Part shown: piece after piece, positions 10,039-19,286 of the stretch | Numbering within the stretch: position 1 is the stretch's first letter | Layout of the letters: every line of letters starts with the position of its first letter | From: Clostridia bacterium | GTDB taxonomy: Bacteria; Bacillota; Clostridia; Christensenellales; CAG-1252 | DNA: 64,000 bases | Direction: 5' to 3' | Assembly (NCBI GenBank): GCA_024685775.1 | Contig: JAIKVL010000038.1 | Location: 39,258 to 103,257, forward strand | Translations under genes and position numbers: made by a program | The notes under the pieces: generated by a model | What the model was told of the DNA's origin: nothing | The model's input: the letters and a program-made list of their open reading frames with translations, nothing else | Databases searched by the model: none

Positions 10039-10143
10039 GCGCAAATCGCAGAATCGTACGGTGATCCGAAAGAGATTCATCACAGTGTGAAAATAATTTT
10101 ATTCGAAAATATGAAATAAAATTCATATTATGCCGTGTTTTTC

Positions 10144-10173
10144 TTGACATCGGCGCATCGGCGGGCGTAAACT
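10144..10173 (+). promoter_or_regulatory. possible promoter of ABC exporter operon
   Basis: TTGACA (10144-10149), 18-nt spacer, TAAACT. The ~115-nt leader contains the inverted repeat GTTAG CGTAGA CTAAC. Confidence 0.35.
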
Positions 10174-10288
10174 TGATTCGGTTAGCGTAGACTAACTTGC
10201 GTCGGCTGCTTGATCTTTTTTTAGAAGTGGAGTAGTCTTTGCCGAAAAAACGATAAAGGGGAGAGGGGATTTCTCTCGGAGGGGGAAT

Positions 10289-12064
10289 ATGAAAAAGAAG
10301 AAACGAGGAATTTTATCGTGGGTGCTCGAATTCGCGGGGAGAAAGCGGGCGTATTTCGGCGGCAGCGTCGCGCTTGCGATGCTCGGAGTCGCTGCGTCTT
10401 TTATTCCCTATATTATCATTGCGGGGATCGTCGAACGCTTGCTTGCCGGGAATGGGAATTGGGGCTATTATTTGATTCAGGTCCTTTTGATGGCTTTGTT
10501 TTGGCTTATCAGAATGACGTTGCACTCCTTTTCGACTTCTCTGTCGCATGTCGCGACTTTCACCGTCTTGGGAGGTATCCGAGAACAGCTTTGCGAGAAA
10601 CTTTCAAAAATTCCGCTCGGATCCGTTCTCGACGACAACAGCGGAAGCTATAAGAATATAATCGTCGAACGCGTGGATTCCATGGAAACCACTTTGGCTC
10701 ACATCGTGCCGGAGTTTACGGCAAACCTCATTTTGCCTATCGTAATGTTCGTTTACATTATGACGATCGATTGGCGTATGGGACTCGCCAATCTTGTCGG
10801 AGCGTTTATAGGGCTTATATTCATGGCGATTATGATGGCAAAGTCGAAGGGCGGATACGAGCTTTCGGTCGCGAAAACGAAAAAGCTCAACGATACCGCC
10901 GTGGAATATATAAACGGCATAGAAGTAATAAAAGCCTTCGGCAAGACGGGCAGTTCGTACGAAAAGTTCGTTACGGCGGCAAGAGAAGGTGCGGACGTGT
11001 TTATCAGCTGGATGAGAAGGTGCATTTGGCCGCAATCGGGCACGATGGCGTTTTTGCCGGCAACTTTTTTGGGAGTTTTGCCGATTGGTTTGCTCCTCGT
11101 TCGCGGCGGTTCGCTCACTGTGGGTGAATTCATAACCTGCATCATTTTGTCGGCAGGGTTGATCACTCCGCTCGTGGTCGCGTTCTCTTATACAGACGAC
11201 TTATTGAAAATGGGGACCATCTTTGGGGAAGTTACCGAGATCCTCGAAAGAAAGGAAATGGAAAGACCTTCCGAATTGACAAGGGTTCCGCAAGGCTCGG
11301 ATATTTGTCTTAAAGACGTAAAATTTTCGTATAAAGAAAAGGAAGTTCTGCACGGCGTGAATATGTCGATCAAGCAAGGAGAGTTCGTCGCGATCGTCGG
11401 TCCGTCCGGATCGGGGAAAAGTACCGTCGCGCGGCTGATCGATTCGCTTTGGGACGTCGATTCGGGTTCGATAACTTACGGCGGCGTGGACATAAGAGAG
11501 TTGCCGCTGAAATGGTATATGGAACAAATCTCGTACGTCGCGCAAGAGAATTACCTATTCGATCTGTCGATTAAAGAAAATATCCGCCTCGGAAGAGCGG
11601 GCGCAACGGATGAAGATGTCGTAAACGCTGCCAAAGCAACGGGCTGTCACGAGTTTATTATGGGGCTTGAAAACGGCTACGACACGGTCGCCGGCGGAGC
11701 GGGCGGTCATTTGTCGGGCGGCGAAAGGCAACGCATCTGCATCGCCCGAGCAATGCTCAAAAACGCCCCCGTCGTTATCCTTGACGAAGCGACGGCGTAT
11801 ACCGATCCCGAAAACGAGGCGCTTGTCCAGACGAGCGTGGCGAAGCTCGTTGAAGGCAGAACGCTTATCGTGATCGCGCATCGACTTTCGACGATAACGG
11901 CGGCGGATAAGATCTTCGTCATAAACGACGGCAACGTCGTGGCGTCGGGCAAGCAAGAGGAGTTGCTGGACGATTGCGATCTGTATAAAAAGATGTGGGA
12001 AGCTCACAGTATCGCAAAAGATGAAGACACCGATGCGGGCGTGATTTCCGCAAAGGAGGCTTAA
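10289..12064 (+). CDS. ABC exporter, fused permease/ATPase subunit (heterodimer partner 1)
   Basis: 591 aa. N-terminal six-TM domain, Walker A GPSGSGKST, signature LSGGERQRICIARA, Walker B VVILDEATA. Confidence 0.85.
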   Translation: MKKKKRGILSWVLEFAGRKRAYFGGSVALAMLGVAASFIPYIIIAGIVERLLAGNGNWGYYLIQVLLMALFWLIRMTLHSFSTSLSHVATFTVLGGIREQLCEKLSKIPLGSVLDDNSGSYKNIIVERVDSMETTLAHIVPEFTANLILPIVMFVYIMTIDWRMGLANLVGAFIGLIFMAIMMAKSKGGYELSVAKTKKLNDTAVEYINGIEVIKAFGKTGSSYEKFVTAAREGADVFISWMRRCIWPQSGTMAFLPATFLGVLPIGLLLVRGGSLTVGEFITCIILSAGLITPLVVAFSYTDDLLKMGTIFGEVTEILERKEMERPSELTRVPQGSDICLKDVKFSYKEKEVLHGVNMSIKQGEFVAIVGPSGSGKSTVARLIDSLWDVDSGSITYGGVDIRELPLKWYMEQISYVAQENYLFDLSIKENIRLGRAGATDEDVVNAAKATGCHEFIMGLENGYDTVAGGAGGHLSGGERQRICIARAMLKNAPVVILDEATAYTDPENEALVQTSVAKLVEGRTLIVIAHRLSTITAADKIFVINDGNVVASGKQEELLDDCDLYKKMWEAHSIAKDEDTDAGVISAKEA

Positions 12065-12065
12065 A

Positions 12066-13802
12066 ATGATTAAAATGGTAAAGAAATTCTTTGCGTTTTG
12101 CAGCAAAAAGAATAGGAAGAAATTCTATCTATCCGCCTTGCTCGGCGTAGTGGAAGCGATTTTTACCGCGATGAAGATCCCCGCCGCATTTTTCGCGATG
12201 AAAGCGGCGATCGGAAACGCAATCGACGTAAAAGCGATTCTTCTCGTTGTCGGACTTATGCTTATAAGCACGCTCGGCAAAATGTGCGTCAGCCGCTTTT
12301 CCTCCATGCTTCAAACGGAAGCGGGTTACGATACCTGCGCATTGAAAAGAATCGAGATCGGCGAACATTTAAGGTATCTTCCCATGGGGTACTTTAACGA
12401 TACGAGCCTCGGGCATATCACGTCCGTCACGACCAATACGATGGAGCAGACGGGTGATATCGCGACGCGCGCGATTATGATGGTAATGCAAGGCAGTATC
12501 ACGACGGTGGTGGTCGCGATCTTTATGTTCGTTTTCGACTGGCGCATCGGTCTGATTGCCCTTGCGGGGATAGGCGCATTTTTACTTGTCAATATGTGGA
12601 CGAACAAAAGCGTCGCCAAGGTCGCGGATGAAAAACTTTCGTCGGACAGGGATATGGTCGGCGTGATATTGGAATACATTCAAGGCATCGCCGAGATAAG
12701 GAATTACAATATCGTCGGGCAGAATCGGTCAAGACTGAAAAATGCCATCGAAAGAAAGAAAAAAGCCGATATCAGAGCCGAACTCGCGGCAATACCCGCG
12801 GTCGGAGTGCAAAACTTTATCGTAAAACTGATCGGCGTCGTCATAGCCGGCGCGTCTGTCGCCTTGTATTTAGGCGGCTATATGAAACTCGTTTATACCA
12901 TAACGATGTTGCTATGCTCGTTTATCGTGTTCGAATCTTTGGATCTTGCGGGGACTTATACGGCGCTTCTGAAAATAATCGGCAAAGGCGTCGATCTCGC
13001 AAACGAAATACTCGACGTCGAGCAAATGGATATCGACGGCGAAACCATCAAGCCCGAAAACAGGAATATTCATCTCGAACACGTCGGATTCGCTTACGAG
13101 AAACGCAAGATCATCGACGATATCACGCTCGATATCAAAGAAAACACGACTACGGCGATCGTGGGTCCTTCGGGCGGGGGCAAGACGACGATGACTGCTC
13201 TTATCGCAAGATTTTGGGACGTAAACGAAGGAGCTGTCACGCTCGGCGGAAGAAACGTCAAAGATTTCAGCTTCGACTCGCTGATGGAAAATTTCAGTTT
13301 CGTTTTCCAAAGGGTCTATTTGTTTGAAGATACCATTGCAAACAATATCCGATTCGGAAGACCCGAAGCGTCGATGGAAGAGGTAATAGAGGCGGCGAAG
13401 AAGGCATCCTGCCACGATTTCATTGCCGCTCTTCCGAACGGGTACGAAACGATCGTCGGCGAAGGCGGCGCGTCGCTGTCGGGCGGAGAAAAACAGCGCA
13501 TAGCAATCGCGCGCGCCATAATGAAGGATGCACCGATTATCATTTTGGACGAGGCGACCGCAAACGTCGATCCCGAAAACGAAAAAGAACTCACCGAAGC
13601 GATCGAGAATCTCACCAAACAAAAAACGATCATTATGATCGCGCACAGGTTGAAAACCGTCCGTAACGCAGATCAGATCGTGGTTGTCGATAAAGGGAAA
13701 ATCGTTCAGCAGGGCAAACACGACGAACTCGTAAAGCAAGACGGTATTTACAGAAACTTCATTACGGGCAGGAAAAAAGCCGTCAGCTGGAAATTGTCGT
13801 AA
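12066..13802 (+). CDS. ABC exporter, fused permease/ATPase subunit (heterodimer partner 2)
   Basis: 578 aa. TM domain, Walker A GPSGGGKTT, signature LSGGEKQRIAIARA, Walker B IIILDEATA. Starts 1 nt after the stop of the previous gene. Confidence 0.85.
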   Translation: MIKMVKKFFAFCSKKNRKKFYLSALLGVVEAIFTAMKIPAAFFAMKAAIGNAIDVKAILLVVGLMLISTLGKMCVSRFSSMLQTEAGYDTCALKRIEIGEHLRYLPMGYFNDTSLGHITSVTTNTMEQTGDIATRAIMMVMQGSITTVVVAIFMFVFDWRIGLIALAGIGAFLLVNMWTNKSVAKVADEKLSSDRDMVGVILEYIQGIAEIRNYNIVGQNRSRLKNAIERKKKADIRAELAAIPAVGVQNFIVKLIGVVIAGASVALYLGGYMKLVYTITMLLCSFIVFESLDLAGTYTALLKIIGKGVDLANEILDVEQMDIDGETIKPENRNIHLEHVGFAYEKRKIIDDITLDIKENTTTAIVGPSGGGKTTMTALIARFWDVNEGAVTLGGRNVKDFSFDSLMENFSFVFQRVYLFEDTIANNIRFGRPEASMEEVIEAAKKASCHDFIAALPNGYETIVGEGGASLSGGEKQRIAIARAIMKDAPIIILDEATANVDPENEKELTEAIENLTKQKTIIMIAHRLKTVRNADQIVVVDKGKIVQQGKHDELVKQDGIYRNFITGRKKAVSWKLS

Positions 13803-13865
13803 CGGATTCGTACGCGGAGCGTCGAAGGATTGCTCCGAGAACTTATTACGAACGAAAAACTCATA

Positions 13866-13893
13866 AAAAGCACCTCATGCGAGGTGCTTTTTT
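13866..13893 (+). terminator. rho-independent terminator after ABC exporter operon
   Basis: AAAAAGCACCTC ATGC GAGGTGCTTTTTT. Confidence 0.8.
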
Positions 13894-14092
13894 GCACTAT
13901 TAAAATTTTTCGTAATCGTTAAGAAAAGACAGGTCGGAATGAAAATGCCACGTCGCGTTTACGCCGAAACGGCGGCTCTTTTTGCATCCGAAACCGATCG
14001 GGAAAGAAAGAAATCAGTCCTTCCCGTTTTGAAAAAGATATGCGCGATTGAGCGGAGCAAGCGAGCGGATCGCCGACGGAGCGGGTAGGGTA

Positions 14093-14122
14093 TTGACGGT
14101 ATCCTCGCGATTGAAGTATAAT
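14093..14122 (+). promoter_or_regulatory. sigma-A type promoter upstream of the hypothetical/response-regulator pair
   Basis: TTGACG (14093-14098), 18-nt spacer, TATAAT (14117-14122). The leader contains an exact tandem duplication TTTTTGTAATA x2 (14176-14197). Confidence 0.5.
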
Positions 14123-14246
14123 GGATTCGAAAAAAAATATAACGCGCGGAATCAAATGATTTCAGAGATCGACGCTTTTTGTAATATTTTTGTAATACTC
14201 GCGGTGCTACAATGAGAGTATCTCAGAGTAGATTGGAGTGTCGGTC

Positions 14247-15506
14247 ATGGGCGCATTGAAGGATCTGTATCAGATGATTTGGAAAGAACTCGGCGGAAGT
14301 CGAGCGTTTTCCGACGCCTCCGAACCTCTTTCTCGGGAGAATCTCAGGCGGGAGATCGCTCGCCACGGCGTCGCCAGAGAAGTGAATAATTTAGCTTGTA
14401 TGTTGTTGCTGAATCCTCGGCAGAAAGGCTCGTTGCCGCTTTATAAAGAAAGCGACGAAGCCGCTCCGATCGATGATTTGGAACTCATCGTCAAAAACAA
14501 CGTTACCGCAAAAAAATACGTTAAAACCATAAAAGATTGCATCCTCGATTTGGATGAATTATCCGCGGGCGCGGACCAAGCGGAAACGGAGGCTCTGCAT
14601 AAGGACGAGCTGTCCGTCGCCGTCCTCAATCTGCTGCATCGCCAAGCGGCGCAAATCCTCGTTTTAAGCGGCGCGGATGAGAAAAATCAGCTGGAACTCT
14701 TTCTCAAACAGCCGAAGAATTTCGTTCGATCCGTCTTGCTCAGCGGGGATCGGGCTCCTTTCGCCTTCGACGGTATGGAATTTGCGAAAGACCTTTCGTC
14801 GGTAGATTCCGATTGCCGCGAATTCATTCGTAAATCGCATTTGGAGAAAAAGCATAACGCCGTTCGCAAAGAAGACGAACGGTTTAACAGAGACGCGCTG
14901 AAAATCGGCAGAATCATTCGGAAATTGGATCGGGCGTTGATCGAGGCGAAAGGCAAAAAATACGAGACTTTGGAGAGCAAGAAGGCGAGGGCGGAAGAGC
15001 TTCTCGCGAAATCGACGATGCTTCGGCGCAGCGCTCTCAGGGACGCTTTCCGCGCGGGCGATATCAGCGATTATTATTATCGTGAACGTGGCGAACAGTT
15101 GCAAAACAGCATATTTACGCACGTTCCGGAGATGTTTGAAGCGGACGCGCTCAAAGACAAAGAGGAGTACTTAAAGGAGCACGATCTGCAAGATCTCAGC
15201 AAAGAAGAAAGAGAAGACGTTTGCAATCTTGCGAGAAAAAAGACCGAAGCGGACAAAGAACTCTATTTCAAAAAGAGATTTCTGACCAATCGGAAACTTG
15301 CGCGCTCGAATCGCTATATGATCTCGGAAATGTTTTTGATCAAAGAACGGTTTTATCGAGGTCTTGCAGAGGAGAACGGGGTTTATGAAGACACGCCGAA
15401 AACGGGCGAAGCGATAGGAAACGGAGAAACCGAAACGGCGATGCGGCAAAACCCGCCGACCGAAGAAAAAACAAGGAGCGTGAAAAATGATCATTTTAGC
15501 AGTTGA
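14247..15506 (+). CDS. hypothetical cytoplasmic protein, Lys/Glu/Arg-rich and predicted helical, no recognisable domain
   Basis: 419 aa from ATG 14247, with GGAG 9 nt upstream (the track starts at GTG 14238). No TM segment and no kinase H-box or ATPase motifs seen. Its 3' end overlaps the response regulator gene by 20 nt. Confidence 0.6.
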   Translation: MGALKDLYQMIWKELGGSRAFSDASEPLSRENLRREIARHGVAREVNNLACMLLLNPRQKGSLPLYKESDEAAPIDDLELIVKNNVTAKKYVKTIKDCILDLDELSAGADQAETEALHKDELSVAVLNLLHRQAAQILVLSGADEKNQLELFLKQPKNFVRSVLLSGDRAPFAFDGMEFAKDLSSVDSDCREFIRKSHLEKKHNAVRKEDERFNRDALKIGRIIRKLDRALIEAKGKKYETLESKKARAEELLAKSTMLRRSALRDAFRAGDISDYYYRERGEQLQNSIFTHVPEMFEADALKDKEEYLKEHDLQDLSKEEREDVCNLARKKTEADKELYFKKRFLTNRKLARSNRYMISEMFLIKERFYRGLAEENGVYEDTPKTGEAIGNGETETAMRQNPPTEEKTRSVKNDHFSS

Positions 15507-16275
15507 CGACGAAGCTTTGGCGTTGAAATCAATTTCGGACACAATAAAAAAGATCAAGCCGGACGCCGAGCTTTATATGTTTCGCGATCCTGTTCCCGCT
15601 TTGCAGGCGTTGGAGAGCGGGGTGAAGCCCGACGTCGTTTTCAGCGACGTCAGAATGTATGATATGACGGGAATCCAATTCGCGCACCGCGTAAAAGTGA
15701 TTTACCCGCGCGCGAATATCGTTTTCGTGACGGGATATTCGGATTATATGATGGACGCGATCCGCCTTCACGCCAGCGGGTACTTGCTGAAACCCATCGA
15801 CGAAGGTCAGCTGAAAGAACAATTCGAAAATCTCCTGTACCCGACGACGGGGAAGGGGAACGGACAGAAGTTTTACGCGCAAACCTTCGGAAATTTCGAA
15901 TTTTATTGCGACGGCGCGCCCGTCCGATTCGCCCGCGCGAAAGCGAAAGAACTCTTGGCGTATTTGATCGATAAGAACGGCGCCGCATGCACGCGCTCGG
16001 AATTGCTTGTAAACGTCTTCGACGACAGTGCGAGCGGGGATCAATCCTTGTCGCAGGCGTTTTCCGTTTTGAGTAAGACGCTGGCTTCTCTCGGCGGCGG
16101 CTCGATCCTTCTCAAAGCGCATAACTCTTACGCGATCGATCCCGATATGATCGGTTGCGATTATTACGATTATCTGAAAGGCGATATCAAGGCGATCAAC
16201 GCGTATCAGGGCGCGTATATGGCGAACTACGCGACTTGGTCGGATCTGACGGGACCGAAAAAATACAGGATGTAA
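15487..16275 (+). CDS. response regulator, REC domain plus winged-helix/SARP-like (COG3947-type) output
   Basis: Receiver motifs ILAVDDE, VVFSDVRMYDMTG and GYLLKP. C-terminal FGNFEFYCDGAPVRFARAKAKELLAYLIDKNGAACTRSELL resembles SARP/OmpR-type wHTH activators. Confidence 0.85.
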   Translation: MIILAVDDEALALKSISDTIKKIKPDAELYMFRDPVPALQALESGVKPDVVFSDVRMYDMTGIQFAHRVKVIYPRANIVFVTGYSDYMMDAIRLHASGYLLKPIDEGQLKEQFENLLYPTTGKGNGQKFYAQTFGNFEFYCDGAPVRFARAKAKELLAYLIDKNGAACTRSELLVNVFDDSASGDQSLSQAFSVLSKTLASLGGGSILLKAHNSYAIDPDMIGCDYYDYLKGDIKAINAYQGAYMANYATWSDLTGPKKYRM

Positions 16276-16289
16276 GGAGACTCGGCGCT

Positions 16290-16919
16290 ATGGACGAAAA
16301 CGTCAAAAAAAGAAACGAACTTCTCGCCGGAAAGATCATAAAAGGACTTTCGTCGCGCAATATGCAAGGCTATTACGCCGAGAACAAAAGCGAAGCGTTG
16401 AAGATCGCTTTGTCATTGATCCCCGAGGGATCGGTTGTTACGATGGGCGGCAGCATGAGCGTAAAGGAGATCGGATTGACGGACGCGTTAAAGGCGGGGA
16501 ATTACCGCTTTATCGATCGCGCCGAATATCAAAACCCCCGCGAGGCGATGCTTCTCGCTTATGACGCGGACGTCTTCCTCGCAAGCGCAAACGCGATCAC
16601 CGAAGACGGGATCATGGTGAATATCGACGGCAACGCAAACCGCGTGTCCGCGATCGCGTTCGGTCCGAAAAGATTGGTTTTGGTGGTCGGGATGAATAAA
16701 GTCGCTCCCGATCTCGACGGCGCGATCAAGCGCGCCAGAAATATCGCAGCCCCCATAAACGCGCAGCGTTTCGGGCTGAAAACGCCCTGCGCGCTGACGG
16801 GATCTTGCGCCGATTGCAAAAGTCCCGACACGATTTGCTGTGAGTTTCTGATCACGCGGTATTCCCGCCACAAAGATCGGATCCACGTCATTTTGGTAGG
16901 AGAAAATTTGGGATATTGA
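16290..16919 (+). CDS. LUD-domain (LutC/YkgG-like, DUF162) protein
   Basis: 209 aa from ATG 16290 (MDENVKKRNELLAGKIIKGLSSRNMQGYYAENKSEAL..). C-terminal Cys cluster CALTGSCADCKSPDTICC. Start chosen to avoid overlap with the regulator gene. Confidence 0.7.
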   Translation: MDENVKKRNELLAGKIIKGLSSRNMQGYYAENKSEALKIALSLIPEGSVVTMGGSMSVKEIGLTDALKAGNYRFIDRAEYQNPREAMLLAYDADVFLASANAITEDGIMVNIDGNANRVSAIAFGPKRLVLVVGMNKVAPDLDGAIKRARNIAAPINAQRFGLKTPCALTGSCADCKSPDTICCEFLITRYSRHKDRIHVILVGENLGY

Positions 16920-17008
16920 TCGCGTTTTCGATCGAGGAAACGCAAAGCGGAAAGCGAGGGTCGCTTCCTGCGGCAAAAGAGAACGTCCGACGATTCGAGA
17001 GGTGATAA

Positions 17009-18331
17009 ATGGAACGTTTGCAAGCGTTACAAACGGAAATAATGATCGCGTTGATCGGCATTTGCGTCGTCGTCTCTCTTTTCGCGGTAATCACGAAATC
17101 CATTCCGAAAAATAAAAAAATTCCGATGGTCCTTTTGGAAATCACGGCGGCTTTCCTCTTGCTCTTCGATTATTTTGCATACATGTACAGGGGAGACGTC
17201 AGTCGACTCGGATTCTGGATGGTTCGGATCTCCAATTTCGCGGTCTTCTTCTTGACGATCTTGGTTTTATTCGCGTTCAATCTTTATTTGACCGACGTTT
17301 TCAAAGATAAGTGGAACGGGGAAACGCCCTTTCGTCTCAAACTCGTAAAATGGCTCGCGCTGGTCGGCGTCGCTGTCTTGATCGTTTCGCAGTTTACGGG
17401 ATTGTATTACACGTTCGACGAAGCCAATCGCTATGTTCGATCCCCCGGATTCATCGTTTGTTATCTTTTCCCGATTATCATTTTGATTCTTCAACTTTCC
17501 GTCATCATTCAATATCATCGGAATCTTTCGACTCGAATGCAGATCGGTTTGATCGTCTTTTCCGTCGCGCCGTTGATCTCTTCCGCCGTGCAGGTGTTTA
17601 CCTATGGATTGTCCCTGACCAATATTTCCACCGCCGTTACCGCGGTCATTCTTTACGTCTTCGTTATTTTCGATATCGATAAAACGATGATGGAAGCGCA
17701 CGAACGCGAAACGGAGTACTTAAAAGAGCGCAAGCATCAAAAGGACGTCTTGCTCAATCAGACGGCGTTGGTTTTGGCAAACGCCATCGACGCGAAAGAC
17801 AAATACACGCACGGTCACTCTACGCGCGTTGCGAAGTATTCCAAAGAGATCGCGTCTCTCGCGGGAAAGAGCGAACAGGAATGCGAAGAAATCTATTACG
17901 CGGCTCTCGTCCACGACGTCGGGAAGATCGGAATTTCCGACTCCGTTATCAATAAGAAAGGGCGGCTTACGGACGAGGAATACGAGGAAATGAAAAAGCA
18001 TCCCGTTATCGGGAAAGATATTCTTTCAAGCGTCAACCTCTCTCCGTTCTTGGTCGAGGGTGCATACTCGCATCACGAGCGATACGACGGCAAAGGATAT
18101 CCGGAAGGGAAGAGGGGCGAAGAAACGCCCGAACTCGCGCGGATTATCGCCGTCGCGGACGCCTACGACGCGATGACTTCCAAGCGCAGTTACCGCGATC
18201 CGCTTCCGCAGGAAAAAGTCAGGGCGGAGATCGAGCGGGGCGTCGGAACTCAATTCGATCCGAATTTCGCGAAAATTATGCTTCGATTGATCGACGAGGA
18301 TACGGCGTACGAAATGCGCGAAAGAGGTTGA
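17009..18331 (+). CDS. membrane-bound HD-GYP domain c-di-GMP phosphodiesterase
   Basis: N-terminal half has ~6-7 TM helices. C-terminal motifs HGHSTRV..LVHDVGKIG..HHERYDGKGYP form the HD-GYP signature. Confidence 0.85.
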   Translation: MERLQALQTEIMIALIGICVVVSLFAVITKSIPKNKKIPMVLLEITAAFLLLFDYFAYMYRGDVSRLGFWMVRISNFAVFFLTILVLFAFNLYLTDVFKDKWNGETPFRLKLVKWLALVGVAVLIVSQFTGLYYTFDEANRYVRSPGFIVCYLFPIIILILQLSVIIQYHRNLSTRMQIGLIVFSVAPLISSAVQVFTYGLSLTNISTAVTAVILYVFVIFDIDKTMMEAHERETEYLKERKHQKDVLLNQTALVLANAIDAKDKYTHGHSTRVAKYSKEIASLAGKSEQECEEIYYAALVHDVGKIGISDSVINKKGRLTDEEYEEMKKHPVIGKDILSSVNLSPFLVEGAYSHHERYDGKGYPEGKRGEETPELARIIAVADAYDAMTSKRSYRDPLPQEKVRAEIERGVGTQFDPNFAKIMLRLIDEDTAYEMRERG

Positions 18332-18350
18332 ATCGACAACGAATCAAGAG

Positions 18351-18377
18351 GGCAGGACAAAATCCTGCCTTTTTTTC
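18351..18377 (+). terminator. rho-independent terminator after HD-GYP gene
   Basis: GGCAGGA CAAAA TCCTGCC followed by T7. Confidence 0.75.
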
Positions 18378-18476
18378 TGCGACGGCAGGATCGGCGGCGG
18401 GGCGGTTGTAAATCGGATATTGACGGATCGGGATGGGAATGGTATACTGAAAATATCAACGAAGGGAGGTAGGATT

Positions 18477-19151
18477 ATGCATTTTATTTTCTTCGGACCG
18501 AGCGGCTCGGATGCGGCGGAAAGAGTCAAAAACGCGTATACCGCGGTTCGCAGTACCGAGAATTTCAATTGGACGTTCATCTTTATTTTGGCGGTCGTGT
18601 TTTACGTCTATTGGACGGAGATCAAGAACAAGAATTACGACGCCGTCGTCGCGGGAATCGCGCTCTATTCCGTGCATTGGTTCTACGAGATTATGAACGC
18701 CGTGATCGGAAAGGCGTCGGGGTATCCTTTGTGGTGCGTGTCAGGCGCGAGCACGACCTTTATTCTGTTGATCGGTGTTTGCTGGGAACTCTCGATGATG
18801 TTCTCCATCGCGGGTATCATCTCTTATAAAATGCTCGGCGATAATCCCGATAAAGTCCTTTTCGAGCGCGGCAAATTCAAGATCACGATGCGTTTCGCAG
18901 GAGTCCTCGGAATGTCGCTCCTGTTCGCGTTGATCGAATCTTTCCTCGCGGGGACGGAAAACGGCTCCTTTATTTGGGTCTATAAGTGGTGGGGCGTCCT
19001 TCCCGTCTGGATCACGACCTACGTTCCGTTCTTTATCGCGGCGAATTACGTCCCGAAGATGAAGCCCAAGGCGAAAAAGATCTTCCTGTTCTCGCTCGTC
19101 GGGCTGAATATTCTGTTACTTGCGATTCTGATCCCGCTCGGCGTGATCTGA
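18477..19151 (+). CDS. hypothetical polytopic membrane protein
   Basis: 224 aa from ATG 18477, preceded by GAAGGGAGG. About 6 hydrophobic helices. No recognisable motif. Confidence 0.55.
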   Translation: MHFIFFGPSGSDAAERVKNAYTAVRSTENFNWTFIFILAVVFYVYWTEIKNKNYDAVVAGIALYSVHWFYEIMNAVIGKASGYPLWCVSGASTTFILLIGVCWELSMMFSIAGIISYKMLGDNPDKVLFERGKFKITMRFAGVLGMSLLFALIESFLAGTENGSFIWVYKWWGVLPVWITTYVPFFIAANYVPKMKPKAKKIFLFSLVGLNILLLAILIPLGVI

Positions 19152-19286
19152 TCGGAACGATCGTTTTTCATCGATCGAAACGGAAAATGCGAGCGGGGGT
19201 TTTGGCTTCCGCTCGTTTTCGTAAACCGCGTTTTGCGGAAAAAGTCGGATATTGACTTTTTTTCGCATAGGCTCTATAATTCATTT

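Noticed and set aside
13919-14155. 78-aa minus-strand ORF in the ABC-exporter/hypothetical intergenic region, and the 64-65-aa ORFs at 26275-26579
   Set aside because: No SD, Arg/Ser/Phe-rich composition, and overlap with a predicted promoter or with each other. They are treated as non-coding.
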